Shown one piece after another: positions 54,001 through 64,000 of a stretch of DNA of 64,000 nt. The position numbers and the translations under genes are program-made. Each line of letters begins with the position of its first letter. The stretch's first letter is position 1. The DNA is taken from the NCBI GenBank assembly GCA_964057225.1, contig OZ059900.1, positions 22,692,001-22,756,000 of the forward strand, in the 5' to 3' direction. Origin of the DNA: Auanema rhodensis (Eukaryota > Animalia > Nematoda). The notes beneath the pieces were generated by a model that saw nothing but the letters and a program-made list of their open reading frames with translations, did not search any database and was not told the origin of the DNA.

Positions 54001-57000
54001 GAACACTAGAAAATTACAAAAACACAGTATTTCCCATGAGAAATATTTTATTATGCTGGAAAACCAGTTTTTGGAAATTTCGCTGTAAACAAGGTTTTGA
54101 CTTACGATTTCATGTGTTCAAACTCATGCAATGTCAATGAAACCTAGCTCAAAATTGTTCGTACAACGTCTAGTTCCACTTTCACGACAAAAAAACAGGG
54201 GTTAGAAAATTAAGGAAATTAGCATATTCTGAGGGCACGCCCCTTATGGCTAATATTGATTAAATCGATTTTTGTTCATATGAGTCGTCAAATGCAACGA
54301 ATTTCAGCGTGTTACATACTTAAATGAAGCATTTTACATGCTGAACACTAGAAAAATACAAAAACACAGTATTTCTCATGAGAAATATTTTATTATGCTG
54401 GAAAACCAGTTTTTGGAAATTTCGCTGTAAACAAGGTTTTGACTTACGATTTCACGTGTTCAAACTCATGCAATGTCAATGAAACCTAGCTCAAAATTGT
54501 TCGTACAACGTCTAGTTCCACTTTCACGACAAAAAAACAGGGGTTAGAAAATTAAGGAAATTAGCATATTCTGAGGGCACGCCCCTTATGGCTAATATTG
54601 ATTAAATCGATTTTTGTTCATATCAGTCGTCAAATGCAACGAATTTCAGCGTGTTACATACTTAAATGAAGCATTTTACATGCTGAACACTAGAAAAATA
54701 CAAAAACACAGTATTTCTCATGAGAAAAATTTTATTATGCTGGAAAACCAGTTTTTGGAAATTTCGCTGTAAACAAGGTTTTGACTTACGATTTCATGTG
54801 TTCAAACTCATGCAATGTCAATGAAACCTAGCTCAAAATTGTTCGTACAACGTCTAGTTCCACTTTCACGACAAAAAAACAGGGGTTAGAAAATAAAGGA
54901 AATTAGCATATTCTGAGGGCACGCCCCTTATGGCTAATATTGATTAAATCGATTTTTGTTCATATGAGTCGTCAAATGCAACGAATTTCAGCGTGTTACA
55001 TACTAAAATGAAGCATTTTACATGCTGAACACTAGAAAATTACAAAAACACAGTATTTCCCATGAGAAATATTTTATTATGCTGGAAAACCAGTTTTTGG
55101 AAATTTCGCTGTAAACAAGGTTTTGACTTACGATTTCATGTGTTCAAACTCATGCAATGTCAATGAAACCTAGCTCAAAATTGTTCGTACAACGTCTAGT
55201 TCCACTTTCACGACAAAAAAACAGGGGTTAGAAAATTAAGGAAATTAGCATATTCTGAGGGCACGCCCCTTATGGCTAATATTGATTAAATCGATTTTTG
55301 TTCATATGAGTCGTCAAATGCAACGAATTTCAGCGTGTTACATACTTAAATGAAGCATTTTACATGCTGAACACTAAAAAAATACAAAAACACAGTATTT
55401 CCCATGAGAAATATTTTATTATGCTGGAAAACCAGTTTTTGGAAATTTCGCTGTAAACAAGGTTTTGACTTACGATTTCATGTGTTCAAACTCATGCAAT
55501 GTCAATGAAACCTAGCTCAAAATTGTTCGTACAACGTCTAGTTCCACTTTCACGACAAAAAAAACAGGGGTTAGAAAATTAAGGAAATTAGCATATTCTG
55601 AGGGCACGCCCCTTATGGCTAATATTGATTAAATCGATTTTTGTTCATATGAGTCGTCAAATGCAACGAATTTCAGCGTGTTACATACTAAAATGAATCA
55701 TTTTACATGCTGAACACTAAAAAAATACAAAAACACAGTATTTCCCATGAGAAATATTTTATTATGCTGGAAAACCAGTTTTTGGAAATTTCGCTGTAAA
55801 CAAGGTTTTGACTTACGATTTCACGTGTTCAAACTCATGCAATGTCAATGAAACCTAGCTCAAAATTGTTCGTACAACGTCTAGTTCCACTTTCACGACA
55901 AAAAAACAGGGGTTAGAAAATTAAGGAAATTAGCATATTCTGAGGGCACGCCCCTTATGGCTAATATTGATTAAATCGATTTTTGTTCATATGAGTCGTC
56001 AAATGCAACGAATTTCAGCGTGTTACATACTAAAATGAAGCATTTTACATGCTGAACACTAGAAAAATACAAAAACACAGTATTTCCCATGAAAAATATT
56101 TTATTATGCTGGAAAACCAGTTTTTGGAAATTTCGCTGTAAGCAAGGTTTTGACTTACGATTTCATGTGTTCAAACTCATGCAATGTCAATGAAACCTAG
56201 CTCAAAATTGTTCGTACAACGTCTAGTTCCACTTTCACGACAAAAAAACAGGGGTTAGAAAATTAAGGAAATTAGCATATTCTGAGGGCACGCCCCTTAT
56301 GGCTAATATTGATTAAATCGATTTTTGTTCATATGAGTCGTCAAATGCAACGAATTTCAGCGTGTTACATACTTAAATGAAGCATTTTACATGCTGAACA
56401 CTAGAAAAATACAAAAACACAGTATTTCTCATGAGAAATATTTTATTATGCTGGAAAACCAGTTTTTGGAAATTTCGCTGTAAGCAAGGTTTTGACTTAC
56501 GATTTCATGTGTTCAAACTCATGCAATGTCAATGAAACCTAGCTCAAAATTGTTTGTATAACGTCTGGTTCCACTTTCACGACAAAAAAACAGGGGTTAG
56601 AAAATTAAGGAAATTAGCATATTCTGAGGGCACGCCCCTTATGGCTAATATTGATTAAATCGATTTTTGTTCATATGAGTCGTCAAATGCAACGAATTTC
56701 AGCGTGTTACATACTTAAATGAAGCATTTTACATGCTGAACACTAGAAAAATACAAAAACACAGTATTTCCCATGAGAAATATTTTATTATGCTGGAAAA
56801 CCAGTTTTTGGAAATTTCGCTGTAAACAAGGTTTTGACTTACGATTTCATGTGTTCAAACTCATGCAATGTCATGGAAACCTAGCTCAAAATTGTTCGTA
56901 CAACGTCTAGTTCCACTTTCACGACAAAAAAACAGGGGTTAGAAAATTAAGGAAATTAGCATATTCTGAGGGCACGCCCCTTATGGCTAATATTGATTAA

Positions 57001-60000
57001 ATCGATTTTTGTTCATATGAGTCGTCAAATGCAACGAATTTCAGCGTGTTACATACTAAAATGAAGCATTTTACATGCTGAACACTAGAAAAATACAAAA
57101 ACACAGTATTTCCCATGAGAAATATTTTATTATGCTGGAAAACCAGTTTTTGGAAATTTCGCTGTAAGCAAGGTTTTGACTTACGATTTCATGTGTTCAA
57201 ACTCATGCAATGTCAATGAAACCTAGCTCAAAATTGTTCGTACAACGTCTAGTTCCACTTTCACGACAAAAAAACAGGGGTTAGAAAATTAAGGAAATTA
57301 GCATATTCTGAGGGCACGCCCCTTATGGCTAATATTGATTAAATCGATTTTTGTTCATATGAGTCGTCAAATGCAACGAATTTCAGCGTGTTACATACTA
57401 AAATGAAGCATTTTACATGCTGAACACTAGAAAAATACAAAAACACAGTATTTCCCATGAGAAATATTTTATTATGCTGGAAAACCAGTTTTTGGAAATT
57501 TCGCTGTAAACAAGGTTTTGACTTACGATTTCATGTGTTCAAACTCATGCAATGTCAATGAAACCTAGCTCAAAATTGTTCGTACAACGTCTAGTTCCAC
57601 TTTCACGACAAAAAACAGGGGTTAGAAAATTAAGGAAATTAGCATATTCTGAGGGCACGCCCCTTATGGCTAATATTGATTAAATCGATTTTTGTTCATA
57701 TGAGTCGTCAAATGCAACGAATTTCAGCGTGTTACATACTAAAATGAAGCATTTTACATGCTGAACACTAGAAAAATACAAAAACACAGTATTTCCCATG
57801 AGAAATATTTTATTATGCTGGAAAACCAGTTTTTGGAAATTTCGCTGTAAACAAGGTTTTGACTTACGATTTCATGTGTTCAAACTCATGCAATGTCAAT
57901 GAAACCTAGCTCAAAATTGTTCGTACAACGTCTAGTTCCACTTTCACGACAAAAAAACAGGGGTTAAAAAATTAAGGAAATTAGCATATTCTGAGGGCAC
58001 GCCCCTTATGGCTAATATTGATTAAATCGATTTTTGTTCATATGAGTCGTCAAATGCAACGAATTTCAGCGTGTTACATACACTAAAATGAACCATTTTA
58101 CATGCTGAACACTAGAAAAATACAAAAACACAGTTTTTCTCATGAGAAATATTTTATTATGCTGGAAAACCAGTTTTTTTAAATTTCGCTGTAAACAAGG
58201 TTTTGACTTACGATTTCATGTGTTCAAACTCATGCAATGTCAATGAAACCTAGCTCAAAATTGTTTGTACAACGTCTAGTTCCACTTTCACGACAAAAAA
58301 ACAGGGGTTAGAAAATTAAGGAAATTAGCATATTCTGAGGGCACGCCCCTTATGGCTAATATTGATTAAATCGATTTTTGTTCATATGAGTAGTCAAATG
58401 CAACGAATTTCAGCGTGTTACATACTAAAATGAAGCATTTCACATGCTGAACACTAGAAAAATACAAAAACACAGTATTTCCCATGAGAAATATTTTATT
58501 ATGCTGGAAAACCAGTTTTTGGAAATTTCGCTGTAAACAAGGTTTTGACTTACGATTTCATGTGTTCAAACTCATGCAATGTCAATGAAACCTAGCTCAA
58601 AATTGTTTGTACAACGTCTAGTTCCACTTTCACGACAAAAAAACAGGGGTTAGAAAATTAAGGAAATTAGCATATTCTGAGGGCACGCCCCTTATGGCTA
58701 ATATTGATTTAAACGATTTTTGTTCATATGAGTCGTCAAATGCAACGAATTTCAGCGTGTTACATACTAAAATGAAGCATTTTACATGCTGAACACTAGA
58801 AAAATACAAAAACACAGTATTTCTCATGAGAAATATTTTATTATGCTGGAAAACCAGTTTTTGGAATTTTCGCTGTAAACGAGGTTTTGACTTACGATTT
58901 CATGTGTTCAAACTCATGCAATGTCAATGAAACCTAGCTCAAAATTGTTTGTACAACGTCTAGTTCCACTTTCACGACAAAAAAACAGGGGTTAGAAAAT
59001 TAAGGAAATTAGCATATTCTGAGGGCACGCCCCTTATGGCTAATATTGATTAAATCGATTTTTGTTCATATGAGTAGTCAAATGCAACGAATTTCAGCGT
59101 GTTACATACTAAAATGAAGCATTTCACATGCTGAACACTAGAAAAATACAAAAACACAGTATTTCCCATGAGAAATATTTTATTATGCTGGAAAACCAGT
59201 TTTTGGAAATTTCGCTGTAAACAAGGTTTGACTTACGATTTCATGTGTTCAAACTCATGCAATGTCAATGAAACCTAGCTCAAAATTGTTCGTACAACGT
59301 CTAGTTCCACTTTCACGACAAAAAAACAGGGGTTAGAAAATTTAGGAAATTAGCATATTCTGAGGGCACGCCCCTTATGGCTAATATTGATTAAATCGAT
59401 TTTTGTTCATATGAGTCGTCAAATGCAACGAATTTCAGCGTGTTACATACTAAAATGAAGTATTTTACATGCTGAACACTAGAAAAATACAAAAACACAG
59501 TATTTCCCATGAGAAATATTTTATTATGCTGGAAAACCAGTTTTTGGAAATTTCGCTGTAAACAAGGTTTTGACTTACGATTTCATGTGTTCAAACTCAT
59601 GCAATGTCAATGAAACCTAGCTCAAAATTGTTCCTACAACGTCTGGTTCCACTTTCACGACAAAAAACAGGGGTTAGAAAATTAAGGAAATTAGCATATT
59701 CTGAGGGCACGCCCCTTATGGCTAATATTGATTAAATCGATTTTTGTTCATATGAGTCGTGAAATGCAACGAATTTCAGCGTGTTACATATTAAAATGAA
59801 GCATTTTACATGCTGAACACTAGAAAAATACGAAAACACAGTTTTTCCCATGAGAAATATTTTATTATGCTGGAAAACCAGTTTTTGGAAATTTCGCTGT
59901 AAACAAGGATTTGACTTACGATTTCATGTGTTCAAACTCATGCAATGTCAATGAAACCTAGCTCAAAATTGTTCGTACAACGTCTAGTTCCACTTTCACG

Positions 60001-63000
60001 ACAAAAAAACAGGGGTTAGAAAATTTAGGAAATTAGCATATTCTGAGGGCACGCCCCTTATGGCTAATATTGATTAAATCGATTTTTGTTCATATGAGTC
60101 GTCAAATGAAACGAATTTCAGCGTGTTACATACTAAAATGAAGTATTTTACATGCTGAACATTAGAAAAATACAAAAACACAGTTTTTCCCTTGAGAAAT
60201 ATTTTATTATGCTGGAAAACCAGTTTTTGGAAATTTCGCTGTAAACAAGGTTTTGACTTACGATTTCATGTGTTCAAACTCATGCAATGTCAATGAAACC
60301 TAGCTCAAAATTGTTCCTACAACGTCTAGTTCCACTTTCACGACAAAAAACAGGGGTTAGAAAATTAAGGAAATTAGCATATTCTGAGGGCACGCCCCTT
60401 ATGGCTAATATTGATTAAATCGATTTTTGTTCATATGAGTCGTCAAATGCAACGAATTTCAGCGTGTTACATACTAAAATGAAGCATTTTACATGCGGAA
60501 CACTAGAAAAATACAAAAACACAGTATTTCCCATGAGAAATATTTTATTATGCTGGAAAACCAGTTTTTGGAAATTTCGCTGTAAACAAGGTTTTGACTT
60601 ACGATTTCATGTGTTCAAACTCATGCAATGTCAATGAAACCTAGCTCAAAATTGTTTGTACAACGTCTAGTTCCACTTTCACGATAAAAAAACAGGGGTT
60701 AGAAAATTAAGGAAATTAGCATATTCTGATGGCACGCCCCTTATGGCTAATATTGATTAAATCGATTTTTGTTCATATGAGTCGTCAAATGCAACGAATT
60801 TCAGCGTGTTACATACTGAAATGAAGCATTTTACATGCTGAACACTAGAAAAATACAAAAACACAGTATTTCTCATGAGAAATATTTTATTATGCTGGAA
60901 AACCAGTTTTTGGAAATTTCGCTGTAAACAAGGTTTTGACCTACGATTTCATGTGTTCAAACTCATGCAATGTCAATGAAACCTAGCTCAAAATTGTTTG
61001 TACAACGTTTAGATCCACTTTCACGACAAAAAAACAGGGGTTAGAAAATTAAGGAAATTAGCATATTCTGAGGGCACGCCCCTTATGGCTAATATTGATT
61101 AAATCGATTTTTGTTCATATGAGTAGTCAAATGCAACGAATTTCATCGTGTTACATACTAAAATGAAGCATTTTACATGCTGAAAACTAGAAAAATACAA
61201 AAACACAGTATTTCCCATGAGAAATATTTTATTATGCTGGAAAACCAGTTTTTGGAAATTTCGCTGTAAACAAGGTTTTGACTTACGATTTCATGTGTTC
61301 AAACTCATGCAATGTCAATGAAACCTAGCTCAAAATTGTTTGTACAACGTCTAGTTCCACTTTCACGACAAAAAAACAGGGGTTAGAAAATTAAGGAAAT
61401 TAGCATATTCTGAGGGCACGCCCCTTATGGCTAATATTGATTAAATCGATTTTTGTTCATATGAATCGTCAAATGCAACGAATTTCAGCGTATTACATAC
61501 TAAAATGAAGCATTTTACATGCTGAACACTAGAAAAATACAAAAACACAGTATTTCTCATGAGAAATATGTTATTATGCTGGAAAACAAGTTTTTGGAAA
61601 TTTCGCTGTAAACAAGGTTTGACTTACGATTTCATGTGTTCAAACTCATGCAATGTCAATGAAACCTAGCTCAAAATTGTTCTTACAACGTCTAGTTCCA
61701 CTTTCACGACAAAAAAACAGGGGTTAGAAAATTAAGGAAATTAGCATATTCTGAGGGCACGCCCCTTATGGCTAATATTGATTAAATCGATTTTTGTTCA
61801 TATGAGTAGTCAAATGCAACGAATTTCAGCGTGTTACATACTAAAATGAAGCATTTCACATGCTGAACACTAGAAAAATACAAAAACACAGTATTTCCCA
61901 TGAGAAATATTTTATTATGCTGGAAAACCAGTTTTTGGAAATTTCGCTGTAAACAAGGTTTTGACTTACGATTTCATGTGTTCAAACTCATGCAATGTCA
62001 ATGAAACCTAGCTCAAAATTGTTTGTACAACGTCTAGTTCCACTTTCACGACAAAAAAACAGGGGTTAGAAAATTAAGGAAATTAGCATATTCTGAGGGC
62101 ACGCCCCTTATGGCTAATATTGATTTAAACGATTTTTGTTCATATGAGTCGTCAAATGCAACGAATTTCAGCGTGTTACATACTAAAATGAAGCATTTTA
62201 CATGCTGAACACTAGAAATATACAAAAACACAGTTTTTCCCATGAGAAATATTTTATTATGCTGGAAAACCAGTTTTTGGAAATTTCGCTGTAAACAAGG
62301 TTTTGACTTACGATTTCATGTGTTCAAACTCTTGCAATGTCAATGAAACCTAGCTCAAAATTGTTCGTACAACGTCTAGTTCCACTTTCACGACAAAAAA
62401 ACAGGGGTTAGAAAATTTAGGAAATTAGCATATTCTGAGGGCACGCCCCTTATGGCTAATATTGATTAAATCGATTTTTGTTCATATGAGTCGTCAAATG
62501 CAACGAATTTCAGCGTGTTACATACTAAAATGAAGTATTTTACATGCTGAACACTAGAAAAATACAAAAACACAGTATTTCTCATGAGAAATATTTTATT
62601 ATGCTGGAAAACCAGTTTTTGGATATTTCGCTGTAAACAAGGTTTTGACTTACGATTTCATGTGTTCAAACTCATGCAATGTCAATGAAACCTAGCTCAA
62701 AATTGTTTGTACAACGTCTAGTTCCACTTTCACGACAAAAAAACAGGGGTTAGAAAATTAAGGAAATTAGCATATTCTGAGGGCACGCCCCTTATGGCTA
62801 ATATTGATTAAATCGATTTTTGTTCATATGAGTCGTCAAATGCAACGAATTTCAGCGTGTTACATACTAAAATGAAGCATTTTACATGCTGAACACTAGA
62901 AAAATACAAAAACACAGTTTTTCCCATGAGAAATATTTTATTATGCTGGAAAACCAGTTTTTGGAAATTTCGCTGTAAACAAGGTTTTGACTTACGATTT

Positions 63001-64000
63001 CATGTGTTCAAACTCATGCAATGTCAATGAAACCTAGCTCAAAATTGTTTGTACAACGTCTAGTTCCACTTTCACGACAAAAAAACAGGGGTTAGAAAAT
63101 TAAGGAAATTAGCATATTCTGAGGGCACGCCCCTTATGGCTAATATTGATTAAATCGATTTTTGTTCATATGAGTCGTCAAATGCAACGAATTTCAGCGT
63201 GTTACATACTAAAATGAAGCATTTTACATGCTGAACACTAAAAAAATACAAAAACACAGTATTTCCCATGAGAAATATTTTATTATGCTGGAAAACCAGT
63301 TTTTGGAAATTTCGCTGTAAACAAGGTTTTGACTTACGATTTCATGTGTTCAAACTCATGCAATGTCAATGAAACCTAGCTCAAAATTGTTCTTACAACG
63401 TCTAGTTCCACTTTCACGACAAAAAAACAGGGGTTAGAAAATTTAGGAAATTAGCATATTCTGAGGGCACGCCCCTTATGGCTAATATTGATTAAATCGA
63501 TTTTTGTTCATATGAGTCGTCAAATGCAACGAATTTCAGCGTGTTACATACTAAAATGAAGTATTTTACATGCTGAACACTAGAAAAATACAAAAACACA
63601 GTATTTCCCATGAGAAATATTTTATTATGCTGGAAAACCAGTTTTTGGAAATTTCGCTGTAAACAAGGTTTTGACTTACGATTTCATGTGTTCAAACTCA
63701 TGCAATGTCAATGAAACCTAGCTCAAAATTGTTTGTACAACGTCTAGTTCCACTTTCACGACAAAAAAACAGGGGTTAGAAAATTAAGGAAATTAGCATA
63801 TTCTGAGGGCACGCCCCTTATGGCTAATATTGATTAAATCGATTTTTGTTCATATGAGTCGTCAAATGCAACGAATTTCAGCGTGTTACATACTAAAATG
63901 AAGCATTTTACATGCTGAACACTAAAAAAATACAAAAACACAGTATTTCCCATGAGAAATATTTTATTATGCTGGAAAACCAGTTTTTGGAAATTTCGCT
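45075..64000 (+). repeat. Satellite B: tandem array of 342-bp monomers (about 55 copies, open at the right window edge)
   Basis: The anchor TCAAATGCAACG occurs at 45396, 45738, 46080 and onward (period 342, with occasional 1-2 bp indels, mostly in A or T runs). Copies are very homogeneous and all in one orientation. Confidence 0.99.

Noticed and set aside
58630-62243. Two 65-aa minus-strand ORFs in satellite B
   Set aside because: They are created by the GATTTAAACG variant, which removes a stop present in the other copies. There is no evidence of coding function.
1-64000. CRISPR-like or other repeat-spacer array
   Set aside because: Units are contiguous near-identical monomers with no unique spacers and no associated genes.
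1-64000. 5S rRNA, tRNA, snRNA or spliced-leader tandem gene arrays
   Set aside because: I recognise no conserved RNA gene motifs in either monomer. An Infernal/Rfam scan would settle it.

Overview
The whole 64 kb is AT-rich (about one third GC) tandem satellite DNA, most plausibly eukaryotic heterochromatin. I find no credible genes, RNA genes, CRISPR array or transposon. Satellite A (1-44797) has about 200 head-to-tail monomers of 232 or 225 bp that differ by a 7-bp tandem heptamer. It also has ten identical 118-bp deletion monomers, zoned variant subfamilies and local multi-monomer duplications (offsets 2999, 4200, 1925, 1143 and 1603 bp). Satellite B (about 55 monomers of 342 bp) runs from 45075 to the window end. 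The two apparently unrelated satellites abut with no spacer. The junction has a complex rearrangement: 55 bp of forward B, then a 221-bp inverted B segment, then forward B restarting 34 bp earlier. This gives a 42-bp hairpin, a 221-bp inverted repeat and 34-bp direct repeats. The first switch sits exactly on a native 5-bp inverted repeat, consistent with fold-back template switching. This junction is the most interesting element in the window. All six ORFs are by-products of satellite variants. Coordinates were counted by hand and duplication ends are approximate.
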